Positions 12,157 to 24,100 of a DNA stretch of 64,000 nucleotides are shown here, piece by piece; position 1 is the stretch's first letter; each line of letters opens with the position of its first letter. Source of the stretch: Eledone cirrhosa (taxonomy: Eukaryota); the NCBI GenBank assembly GCA_964016885.1, contig OZ024743.1, positions 137,454,001-137,518,000 on the forward strand, in the 5' to 3' direction. The translations under genes and the position numbers were made by a program. Below the pieces are notes generated by a model, which did not search any database, was not told the DNA's origin, and worked only from the letters and a program-made list of their open reading frames with translations.

Positions 12157-15100
12157 TTCGTGTTTATTGTTTGGTGCTTGGTACTTGGGGCTTGGTGTTT
12201 GGTGCTTGGTGCTTGGTGCTTCGTATTTGGTGTTTGGTGCTTGGTGCTTGGTGTTTGGTGCTTGGTGCTTGGTGCTTGTTGTTTGGTGTTTGGTGTTTGG
12301 TGTTTGGTGCTTGGTGCTTGGTGTTTGGTGCTTGGTGCTTGGTGTTTCGTGCTGCGTGTTTGGTGTTTGGTGCTTGGTGCTTGGTGCTTGGTGCTTGGTG
12401 TTTGGTGATTGGTGCTTGGTGTTTGGTGCTTGGTGCTTGGTGTTTGGTGCTTGGTGTTTGGTGCAGGTGTTTGGTGCTTAGTGCTTAGTGCTTGGTGCTT
12501 GGTGCTTGGTGTTTGGTGTTTGCTGTTAGCTGTTTGCTGTTTGCTGTTTGCTGTTTGCTGTTTGCTGTTTGGTGTTTGGGGTTTGGTGTTTGCAGTTTGG
12601 TGCTTTGTGTTAGGTGCTTGGTGCTTGGTGTTTTGTGTTTGGTGCTTGGTGCTTGGGGCTTGGTGTTTGGTGCTTGGTGCTTTGTTCTTGGTGCTTGGTG
12701 TTTGGTGTTTGGTGTTTGGTGCTTGGTGTTTGGTGCTTGGTGCTGGGTGTTTGGTGCTTGGTGCTTGGTGCATGGTGCTTGGTGCTTGGTGTTTGTCGCT
12801 TGGTGCTTGGTGCTTGGTGTTTGGTGCTTGGTGTTTGGTGTTTGGTGCTTGGTGCTTGGTGCTTGGTGTTTGGTGTTTGCTGTTTGCTGTTTGGTGTTTG
12901 GTGTTTGCTCTTTGCTGTTTGGTGTCTGCTTTTTGGTGTTTGATGGTTGCTGTATGGTGTTTGCTGTTTCATATTTGGAGTTTGCTGTTTGCTGTTTGGT
13001 GTTTCCTGTTTGCTGTTTGGTGTTTGGTGCTTGGTGCTTGGTGCTTGGTGTTTGGTGTTTGGTGCTTGGTGCCTGGTGCTTGTTGTTTGGTGTTTGGTGC
13101 TTGGGGCTTGATGTTTGGTGTTTGGTGCTTGGTGTCTGGTGTTTGGTGCTTGGTGTTTGGTGTTTGGTGCTTGGTGCTTGGTGCTTGGTGTTTGGTGCTT
13201 GGTTCTTGGTGTTTGGTGTTTGGTGCTTGGTGTTTGGTTTTTGGTGCTTGGTGCTTGGTGTTTGGTGCTTGGTGCTTGGTGCTTGGTGTTTGGTGCTTGG
13301 TGCTTGGTGTTTGGTGCTTGGTTCTTGGTGTTTGGTGCTTGGTGTTTGGTGCTTGGTGCTTGGTGTTTGGTGCTTGGTGCTTTGTGCTTGGTGGTTGGTG
13401 TTAGGTGTTTGGTGCTTGGTGCATGGTGTTTTGTGCTTCGTGCTTGGTGCTTGGTGTTTGGTGCTTGGTGCTTGGTGTTTGGTGCTTGGTGCCTGGTGCT
13501 TGGTGTTTGGTGCTTGGTGCTGGTGTTTTGTGCTTGGTTCTTGGTGTTTGGTGCTTGGTGTTAGGTGCATGGTGCTTGGTGTTTGGTGCTTGGTGCTTGG
13601 TGTTTGGTGTTTGGTGCTTGGTGTTTGGTGCTTGGTGCTTGGTGTTAGGTGTTTGGTGCTTGGTGTTTGGTGTTTGGTGCTTCATGCTTGGTGCTTGGTG
13701 TTTGGTGCTTGGTGCTTGGTGTTTGGTGCTTGGTGCCTGGTGCATGGTGTTTGGTGCTTGATGCTTGGTGTTTGGTGTTTGGTGCTTGGTGTTTGGTGTT
13801 TGGTGCTTGGTGTTTGGTGCTTGGTGCTTGGTGCTTGGTGTTAGATGTTAGGTGTTTGGTGCTTGGTGCTTGGTGTTTGGTGCTTGGTGCTTGGTGTTTG
13901 GTGTTTGGTGCTTGCTGCTTGCTGCTTGGTGTTTGGTGCTTGGTGATTGGTGCTTGGTGTTTGGTGCTTGGTGTTTGGTGCTTGGTACTTGGGGCTTGGT
14001 GTTTGGTGCTTGGTGCTTCGTGCTTGCTGTTTGGTGCTAGGTGCTTGGTGTTTGGTGTTTGGTGCTTGGTGTTTGGTGCGTGGTGCTTGGTGCTGGGTGG
14101 TTGGCGTTCGGTGCTTGGTGCTTGGTGTTTGGTGCTTGGTGCTTGGTGTTTGGTGCTTGGTGCTTGGTTCTTGGTCTTTGGTGTTTGGTGTTTGGTGCTT
14201 GGTGCTTGGTGTTTGGTGCTTGGTGCTTGGTGATTAGTGTTTGGTACTTGGTGCGTGGGGTTTGGTGTTTGGTGCTTGTTTTTTGGTGCTTGGTGCTTGG
14301 TGCTTGGTGTTTGGTGCTTGGTGTTTGGTGTTTGCTGTTTGGTGTTTGGTGTTTGGTGTTTGGTGTTTGCTGTTGGCTGTTTGGTGTCTGCTTTTTGGTG
14401 TTTGGTGTTTGCTGTATGGTGTTTGCTGTTTCGTGTTTATTGTTTGCTGTTTGGTGTTTGGTGTTTGGTGTTTGGTGTTTCCTGTTTGGTCTTTAGTCTT
14501 TGGTGCTTGGTGTTTGGTGCTTGGTGCTTGGTATTTGGTGTTTCGTACTTGGTGCTGGTGTTTGGTGCTTCGTGCTTGGTGTTTCGTGCTGCGTGCTTGG
14601 TGTTTGGTGCTTGGTGCTTTTTGCTTGGTGTTTGGTGTTTGATGCTTGGTGCTTGGTGCTTGGTGTTTGGTGTTTGGTGCTTGGTGTTTGGTGCTTGGTG
14701 CTTGGTGCTTGGTGTATGGTGCTTAGTGCTTGGTGTTTGGTGCTTGGTGCTTGGTGTTTGGTGTTTGCTGTTTGCTGTTTGGTGTTTGGTGTTTGGTGTT
14801 TCCTGTTTGGTCTTTAGTTTTTGGTGCTTGGTGTTTGGTGCTTGGTGCTTGGTATTTGGTGTTTGGTGCTTGGTGCTTGGTGTTTGGTGGTGGTGCTTGG
14901 TGCTTGTTGTTTGGTGTTTGGTGTTTGGTGTTTGGTGCTTGGTGTTTGGTGTTTGGTGTTTGATGCTTGGTGTTTGATGCTTGGTGATTGGTGCTTGGTG
15001 TTTGGAGCTTGGTGCTTGGTGTTTGTACTTGGTGCTTGCTGCTTGGTGTTTGGTGCTTGGTTCTTGGTGTTTGGTGTTTGGTGCTTGGTGTTTGGTGCTT

Positions 15101-18100
15101 GGTGCTTTGTGCTTGGTGGTTGCTGTTAGGTGTTTGGTGCTTGGTGCTTGGTGTTTTGTGCTTCGTGCTTGGTGCTTGTTGCTTGGTGCTTGGTGCTTGG
15201 TGTTTGGTGTTTGGTGCCTGGTGCTTGGTGTTTGGTGCTTGGTGCTTGGTGTTTGGTGTTTGGTGCTTGGTGCTTGGTGTTAGGTGTTTGGTGCTTGGTG
15301 CTTGGTGTTTGGTGTTTGGTTCTTGGTGCTTGGTGTTTGGTGCTTGGTGCTTGCTACTTGGTGTTTGGTGCTTGGTGATTGATGCTTGGTGTTTGGTGCT
15401 TGGTGCTAGGTGTTTGGTTTTTGGTGCTAGGTGCTTGGTGCTTGGTGTTTGGTGCTTGGTGTTTGGTGTTTGGTGCTTGGTGCTTGGTGCTTGGTGTTTG
15501 GTGCTTGGTGCTGGGTGGTTGGTGTTTGGTGCTTGGTGCTTGGTGTTTGGTGCTTGGGGCTTGGTGCTTGGTGTTTGGTGCTTGGTGCTGGGTGGTTGGT
15601 GTTTGGTGCTTGGTGCTTGGTGCTTGGTGCTTGGTGCTTGGTGTTTGGTGCTTGGTGCTTGGTGCATTGTGATTAGTGTTTGGTGCTTGGTGCTTGGGGT
15701 TTGGTGTTTGGTGCTTGGTGCTTGGTGTTTGGTGCTTGGTACTTGGTGTTTGGTGCTTGGTGTTTGCTGTTTGCTGTTTGCTGTTTGGTGTTTGGTGTTT
15801 GCTGTTTGCTGTTTGGTGTCTGCTTTTTGGTGTTTGGTGTTTGCTCTATGGTGTTTGCTGTTTCATATTTGGTGTTTGCTGTTTGGTGTTTGGTGTTTGC
15901 TGTTTCGTGTTTATTGTTTGCTGTTTGGTGTTTGGTGCTTGGTTCTTGGTGTTTGGTGTTTGGTGCTTGCTGCTTGGTGTTTGGTGTTTGGTGCTTGGTG
16001 CCTGGTGCTTGTTGTTTGGTGATTGGTGCTTGGTGTTTGCTGTTTGGTGCTGCGTGCTTGGTGCTTGCTGCTTGGTGCTTGGTGTTTTGTGTTTGGTGTT
16101 TGATGCTTGGTGTTTGGTGTTTGGTGCTTGGTGCTTGGTGTTTGGTGTTTGATGCTTGGTACTTGATGCTTGGTGCTTGGTGCTTGGTGTTTGGTGCTTG
16201 GTGCCTGGTGCATGGTGTTTGTTGCTTGGTGCTTGGTGTTTGGTGCTTGGTGCTTGGTGTTTGGTGTTTGGTGCTTGCTTCTTGCTGCTTGGTGTTTGGT
16301 GCTTGGTGATTGGTGCTTGGTGTTTGGTGCTTGGTGCTTGGTGTTTGGTGCTTGGTGCTTGGTGTTTGGTGTTTGGTGCTTGCTGCTTGCTGCTTGGTGC
16401 TTGGTGATTGGTCCTTGGTGTTTGGTGCTTGGTGCTTGGTGTTTGGTGTTTGGTGCTAGGTGCTTGGTGCTTGGTGCTTGGTGTTTGGTGCTTGGTGTTT
16501 GGTGCTTGGTACTTGGGGCTTGGTGTTTGGTGCTTGGTGCTTCGTGCTTGGTGTTTGGTGCTTGGTGCTTGGTGTTTGGTGTTTGGTGCTTGGTGTTTGG
16601 TGCTTGGTGCTTGGTGCTGGGTGGTTGGCGTTTGGTGCTTGGTGATTGGTGTTTGGTGCTTGGTGCTTGGTGCTTGGTGTTTGGTGCTTGGTGCCTGGGG
16701 CTTGGTCTTTGGTGCTTGGTGTTTGGTGTTTGGTGCTTGGTGCTTGGTGTTTGGTGCTTGGTGCTTGGTGATTAGTGTTTGGTGCTTGCTGCTTGGGGTT
16801 TGGTGTTTGGTGCTTGGTGCTTGGTGTTTGGTGCTTGGTGTTTGGTGTTTGGTGCTTGGTGTTTGGTGTTTGCTGTTTGGTGTCTGCTTTTTGGTGTTTG
16901 GTGATTGCTGTATGGTGTTTGCTGTTTCGTGTTTATTGTTTGCTGTTTGGTGTTTGGTGTTTGGTGTTTGGTGTTTCCTGTTTGGTCTTTAGTCTTTCGT
17001 GCTTGGTGTTTGGTGCTTGGTGCTTGGTATTTGGTGTTTGGTGCTTGGTGCTTGGTGTTTGGTGCTTGGTGCTTGGTGCTTGTTGTTTGGTGTTTGGTGT
17101 TTGGTGTTTGGTGTTTGGTGCTTGGTGCTTGGTGTTTGGTGCTTGGTGTTTCGTGCTGCGTGCTTGGTGTTTGGTGCCTGGTGCTTGGTGATTGGTGTTT
17201 GGTGCTTGGTGCTTGGTGTTAGGTGTTTGGTGCTTGGTGCTTGGTGTTTGGTGTTTCGTTCTTGGTGCTTGGTGTTTGGTGCTTGGTGCTTGCTGCTTGG
17301 TGTTTGGTGCTTGGTGTTTGGTGCTTGGTGTTTGGTGCTTGGTGTTTGGTGTTTGGTGCTAGGTGCTTGGTGCTTGGTGCTTGGTGTTTGGTGCTTGGTG
17401 TTTGGTGCTTGGTACTTGGGGCTTGGTGTTTGGTGTTTGGTGCTTGCTGCTTGCTGCTTGGTGCTTGGTGATTGGTCCTTGGTGTTTGGTGCTTGGTGCT
17501 TCGTGCTTGGTGTTTGGTGCTTGGTGCTTGGTGTTTGGTGTTTGGTGCTTGGTGTTTGGTGCCTGGTGCTTGGTGCTTGGTGTTAGGTGTTTGGTGCTTC
17601 ATGCTTGGTGCTTGGTGTTTGGTGCTTGGTGCTTGGTGTTTGGTGCTTGGTGCCTGGTGCAAGGTGTTTGTTGCTTGGTGCTTGGTGTTTGGTGTTTGGT
17701 GCTTGGTGTTTGGTGCTTGGTGCTTGGTGCTTGGTGTTAGGTGTTAGGTGTTTGGTGCTTGGTGCTTGGTGTTTGGTGCTTGGGGCTTGGTGTTTGGTGT
17801 TTGGTGCTTGCTGCTTGCTGCTTGGTGTTTGGTGCTTGGTGATTGGTGCTTGGTGTTTGGTGCTTGGTGCTTGGTTTGGTGTTTTGTGCTTGGTGCTTGG
17901 TGCTTGGTGCTTGGTGTTTGGTGCTTGGTGTTTGGTGCTTGGTACTTGGGGCTTGGTGTTTGGTGCTTGGTGCTTCGTGCTTGGTGTTTGCTGCTTGGTG
18001 CTTGGTGTTTGGTGCTTGGTCTTTGGTGCTTGGTGTTTGGTGCTTGGTGCTCGGTGCTTGGTCTTAGGTGTTAGGTGTTTGGTGCTTGGTGCTTGGTGTT

Positions 18101-21100
18101 TGGTGCTTGGTGCTTGGTGTTTGGTGTTTGGTGCTTGCTGCTTGCTGCTTGGTGTTTGGTGCTTGGTGATTGGTGCTTGGTGTTTGGTGCTTGATGCTTG
18201 GTTTGGTGTTTGGTTCTAGGTGCTTGGTGCTTGGTGCTTGGTGCTTGGTGCTGGGTGGTTGGCGTTCGGTGCTTGGTGCTTGGTGTTTGGTGCTTGGTGC
18301 TTGATGCTTGGTGCTTGGTGCTTGGTGTTTGGTGCTTGGTGCTTGGTGCTTGGTCTTTGGTGCTTGGTGTTTGGTGTTTGGTGCTTGGTGCTTGGTGTTT
18401 GGTGCTTGGTGCTTGGTGATTAGTGTTTGGTGCTTGGTGCTTGGGGTTTGGTGTTTGGTGCTTGGTGCTTGGTGTTTGGTGCTTGGTGCTTGGTGTTTGG
18501 TGCTTGGTGTTTGGTGTTTGCTGTTTGGTGTTTGGTGTTTGGTGTTTGCTGTTTGCTGTTTGGTGTCTGCTTTTTGGTGTTTGGTGTTTGCTGTATGGTG
18601 TTTGCTGTTTCGTGTTTATTGTTTGCTGTTTGGTGTTTGGTGTTTGGTGTTTGGTGTTTCCTGTTTGGTCTTTAGTTTTTGGTGCTTGGTGTTTGGTGCT
18701 TGGTGCTTGGTATTTGGTGTTTGGTGCTTGGTGCTTGGTGCTTGTTTTTTCGTGCTGCGTGCTTGGTGTTTGGTGTTTGGTGCTTGGTGCTTGGTGTTTG
18801 GTGTTTTGTGTTTGATGCTTGGTGCTTGGTGTTTGGTGTTTGGTGCTTGGTGTTTGGTGCTTGGTGCTTGGTGCTTGGTGTTTGGTGCTTAGTGCTTAGT
18901 GCTTGGTGCTTGGTGCTTGGTGTTTGGTGATTGGTGCTTGGTGTTTGGTGCTTGGTGCTTGGTGTTTGGTGCTTGGTGCTTGGTGCAGGTGTTTGGTGCT
19001 TAGTGCTTAGTGCTTGGTGCTTGGTGCTTGGTGTTTGGTGTTTGCTGTTAGCTGTTTGCTGTTTGCTGTTTGCTGTTTGCTGTTTGCTGTTTGGTGTTTG
19101 GGGTTTGGTGTTTGCAGTTTGGTGCTTTGTGTTAGGTGCTTGGTGCTTGGTGTTTTGTGTTTGGTGCTTGGTGCTTGGGGCTTGGTGTTTGGTGCTTGGT
19201 GCTTTGTTCTTGGTGCTTGGTGTTTGGTGTTTGGTGTTTGGTGCTTGGTGTTTGGTGCTTGGTGCTGGGTGTTTGGTGCTTGGTGCTTGGTGCATGGTGC
19301 TTGGTGCTTGGTGTTTGTCGCTTGGTGCTTGGTGCTTGGTGTTTGGTGCTTGGTGTTTGGTGTTTGGTGCTTGGTGCTTGGTGCTTGGTGTTTGGTGTTT
19401 GCTGTTTGCTGTTTGGTGTTTGGTGTTTGCTCTTTGCTGTTTGGTGTCTGCTTTTTGGTGTTTGATGGTTGCTGTATGGTGTTTGCTGTTTCATATTTGG
19501 AGTTTGCTGTTTGCTGTTTGGTGTTTCCTGTTTGCTGTTTGGTGTTTGGTGCTTGGTGCTTGGTGCTTGGTGTTTGGTGTTTGGTGCTTGGTGCCTGGTG
19601 CTTGTTGTTTGGTGTTTGGTGCTTGGGGCTTGATGTTTGGTGTTTGGTGCTTGGTGTCTGGTGTTTGGTGCTTGGTGTTTGGTGTTTGGTGCTTGGTGCT
19701 TGGTGCTTGGTGTTTGGTGCTTGGTTCTTGGTGTTTGGTGTTTGGTGCTTGGTGTTTGGTTTTTGGTGCTTGGTGCTTGGTGTTTGGTGCTTGGTGCTTG
19801 GTGCTTGGTGTTTGGTGCTTGGTGCTTGGTGTTTGGTGCTTGGTTCTTGGTGTTTGGTGCTTGGTGTTTGGTGCTTGGTGCTTGGTGTTTGGTGCTTGGT
19901 GCTTTGTGCTTGGTGGTTGGTGTTAGGTGTTTGGTGCTTGGTGCATGGTGTTTTGTGCTTCGTGCTTGGTGCTTGGTGTTTGGTGCTTGGTGCTTGGTGT
20001 TTGGTGCTTGGTGCCTGGTGCTTGGTGTTTGGTGCTTGGTGCTGGTGTTTTGTGCTTGGTTCTTGGTGTTTGGTGCTTGGTGTTAGGTGCATGGTGCTTG
20101 GTGTTTGGTGCTTGGTGCTTGGTGTTTGGTGTTTGGTGCTTGGTGTTTGGTGCTTGGTGCTTGGTGTTAGGTGTTTGGTGCTTGGTGTTTGGTGTTTGGT
20201 GCTTCATGCTTGGTGCTTGGTGTTTGGTGCTTGGTGCTTGGTGTTTGGTGCTTGGTGCCTGGTGCATGGTGTTTGGTGCTTGATGCTTGGTGTTTGGTGT
20301 TTGGTGCTTGGTGTTTGGTGTTTGGTGCTTGGTGTTTGGTGCTTGGTGCTTGGTGCTTGGTGTTAGATGTTAGGTGTTTGGTGCTTGGTGCTTGGTGTTT
20401 GGTGCTTGGTGCTTGGTGTTTGGTGTTTGGTGCTTGCTGCTTGCTGCTTGGTGTTTGGTGCTTGGTGATTGGTGCTTGGTGTTTGGTGCTTGGTGTTTGG
20501 TGCTTGGTACTTGGGGCTTGGTGTTTGGTGCTTGGTGCTTCGTGCTTGCTGTTTGGTGCTAGGTGCTTGGTGTTTGGTGTTTGGTGCTTGGTGTTTGGTG
20601 CGTGGTGCTTGGTGCTGGGTGGTTGGCGTTCGGTGCTTGGTGCTTGGTGTTTGGTGCTTGGTGCTTGGTGTTTGGTGCTTGGTGCTTGGTTCTTGGTCTT
20701 TGGTGTTTGGTGTTTGGTGCTTGGTGCTTGGTGTTTGGTGCTTGGTGCTTGGTGATTAGTGTTTGGTACTTGGTGCGTGGGGTTTGGTGTTTGGTGCTTG
20801 TTTTTTGGTGCTTGGTGCTTGGTGCTTGGTGTTTGGTGCTTGGTGTTTGGTGTTTGCTGTTTGGTGTTTGGTGTTTGGTGTTTGGTGTTTGCTGTTGGCT
20901 GTTTGGTGTCTGCTTTTTGGTGTTTGGTGTTTGCTGTATGGTGTTTGCTGTTTCGTGTTTATTGTTTGCTGTTTGGTGTTTGGTGTTTGGTGTTTGGTGT
21001 TTCCTGTTTGGTCTTTAGTCTTTGGTGCTTGGTGTTTGGTGCTTGGTGCTTGGTATTTGGTGTTTCGTACTTGGTGCTGGTGTTTGGTGCTTCGTGCTTG

Positions 21101-24100
21101 GTGTTTCGTGCTGCGTGCTTGGTGTTTGGTGCTTGGTGCTTTTTGCTTGGTGTTTGGTGTTTGATGCTTGGTGCTTGGTGCTTGGTGTTTGGTGTTTGGT
21201 GCTTGGTGTTTGGTGCTTGGTGCTTGGTGCTTGGTGTATGGTGCTTAGTGCTTGGTGTTTGGTGCTTGGTGCTTGGTGTTTGGTGTTTGCTGTTTGCTGT
21301 TTGGTGTTTGGTGTTTGGTGTTTCCTGTTTGGTCTTTAGTTTTTGGTGCTTGGTGTTTGGTGCTTGGTGCTTGGTATTTGGTGTTTGGTGCTTGGTGCTT
21401 GGTGTTTGGTGGTGGTGCTTGGTGCTTGTTGTTTGGTGTTTGGTGTTTGGTGTTTGGTGCTTGGTGTTTGGTGTTTGGTGTTTGATGCTTGGTGTTTGAT
21501 GCTTGGTGATTGGTGCTTGGTGTTTGGAGCTTGGTGCTTGGTGTTTGTACTTGGTGCTTGCTGCTTGGTGTTTGGTGCTTGGTTCTTGGTGTTTGGTGTT
21601 TGGTGCTTGGTGTTTGGTGCTTGGTGCTTTGTGCTTGGTGGTTGCTGTTAGGTGTTTGGTGCTTGGTGCTTGGTGTTTTGTGCTTCGTGCTTGGTGCTTG
21701 TTGCTTGGTGCTTGGTGCTTGGTGTTTGGTGTTTGGTGCCTGGTGCTTGGTGTTTGGTGCTTGGTGCTTGGTGTTTGGTGTTTGGTGCTTGGTGCTTGGT
21801 GTTAGGTGTTTGGTGCTTGGTGCTTGGTGTTTGGTGTTTGGTTCTTGGTGCTTGGTGTTTGGTGCTTGGTGCTTGCTACTTGGTGTTTGGTGCTTGGTGA
21901 TTGATGCTTGGTGTTTGGTGCTTGGTGCTAGGTGTTTGGTTTTTGGTGCTAGGTGCTTGGTGCTTGGTGTTTGGTGCTTGGTGTTTGGTGTTTGGTGCTT
22001 GGTGCTTGGTGCTTGGTGTTTGGTGCTTGGTGCTGGGTGGTTGGTGTTTGGTGCTTGGTGCTTGGTGTTTGGTGCTTGGGGCTTGGTGCTTGGTGTTTGG
22101 TGCTTGGTGCTGGGTGGTTGGTGTTTGGTGCTTGGTGCTTGGTGCTTGGTGCTTGGTGCTTGGTGTTTGGTGCTTGGTGCTTGGTGCATTGTGATTAGTG
22201 TTTGGTGCTTGGTGCTTGGGGTTTGGTGTTTGGTGCTTGGTGCTTGGTGTTTGGTGCTTGGTACTTGGTGTTTGGTGCTTGGTGTTTGCTGTTTGCTGTT
22301 TGCTGTTTGGTGTTTGGTGTTTGCTGTTTGCTGTTTGGTGTCTGCTTTTTGGTGTTTGGTGTTTGCTCTATGGTGTTTGCTGTTTCATATTTGGTGTTTG
22401 CTGTTTGGTGTTTGGTGTTTGCTGTTTCGTGTTTATTGTTTGCTGTTTGGTGTTTGGTGCTTGGTTCTTGGTGTTTGGTGTTTGGTGCTTGCTGCTTGGT
22501 GTTTGGTGTTTGGTGCTTGGTGCCTGGTGCTTGTTGTTTGGTGATTGGTGCTTGGTGTTTGCTGTTTGGTGCTGCGTGCTTGGTGCTTGCTGCTTGGTGC
22601 TTGGTGTTTTGTGTTTGGTGTTTGATGCTTGGTGTTTGGTGTTTGGTGCTTGGTGCTTGGTGTTTGGTGTTTGATGCTTGGTACTTGATGCTTGGTGCTT
22701 GGTGCTTGGTGTTTGGTGCTTGGTGCCTGGTGCATGGTGTTTGTTGCTTGGTGCTTGGTGTTTGGTGCTTGGTGCTTGGTGTTTGGTGTTTGGTGCTTGC
22801 TTCTTGCTGCTTGGTGTTTGGTGCTTGGTGATTGGTGCTTGGTGTTTGGTGCTTGGTGCTTGGTGTTTGGTGCTTGGTGCTTGGTGTTTGGTGTTTGGTG
22901 CTTGCTGCTTGCTGCTTGGTGCTTGGTGATTGGTCCTTGGTGTTTGGTGCTTGGTGCTTGGTGTTTGGTGTTTGGTGCTAGGTGCTTGGTGCTTGGTGCT
23001 TGGTGTTTGGTGCTTGGTGTTTGGTGCTTGGTACTTGGGGCTTGGTGTTTGGTGCTTGGTGCTTCGTGCTTGGTGTTTGGTGCTTGGTGCTTGGTGTTTG
23101 GTGTTTGGTGCTTGGTGTTTGGTGCTTGGTGCTTGGTGCTGGGTGGTTGGCGTTTGGTGCTTGGTGATTGGTGTTTGGTGCTTGGTGCTTGGTGCTTGGT
23201 GTTTGGTGCTTGGTGCCTGGGGCTTGGTCTTTGGTGCTTGGTGTTTGGTGTTTGGTGCTTGGTGCTTGGTGTTTGGTGCTTGGTGCTTGGTGATTAGTGT
23301 TTGGTGCTTGCTGCTTGGGGTTTGGTGTTTGGTGCTTGGTGCTTGGTGTTTGGTGCTTGGTGTTTGGTGTTTGGTGCTTGGTGTTTGGTGTTTGCTGTTT
23401 GGTGTCTGCTTTTTGGTGTTTGGTGATTGCTGTATGGTGTTTGCTGTTTCGTGTTTATTGTTTGCTGTTTGGTGTTTGGTGTTTGGTGTTTGGTGTTTCC
23501 TGTTTGGTCTTTAGTCTTTCGTGCTTGGTGTTTGGTGCTTGGTGCTTGGTATTTGGTGTTTGGTGCTTGGTGCTTGGTGTTTGGTGCTTGGTGCTTGGTG
23601 CTTGTTGTTTGGTGTTTGGTGTTTGGTGTTTGGTGTTTGGTGCTTGGTGCTTGGTGTTTGGTGCTTGGTGTTTCGTGCTGCGTGCTTGGTGTTTGGTGCC
23701 TGGTGCTTGGTGATTGGTGTTTGGTGCTTGGTGCTTGGTGTTAGGTGTTTGGTGCTTGGTGCTTGGTGTTTGGTGTTTCGTTCTTGGTGCTTGGTGTTTG
23801 GTGCTTGGTGCTTGCTGCTTGGTGTTTGGTGCTTGGTGTTTGGTGCTTGGTGTTTGGTGCTTGGTGTTTGGTGTTTGGTGCTAGGTGCTTGGTGCTTGGT
23901 GCTTGGTGTTTGGTGCTTGGTGTTTGGTGCTTGGTACTTGGGGCTTGGTGTTTGGTGTTTGGTGCTTGCTGCTTGCTGCTTGGTGCTTGGTGATTGGTCC
24001 TTGGTGTTTGGTGCTTGGTGCTTCGTGCTTGGTGTTTGGTGCTTGGTGCTTGGTGTTTGGTGTTTGGTGCTTGGTGTTTGGTGCCTGGTGCTTGGTGCTT

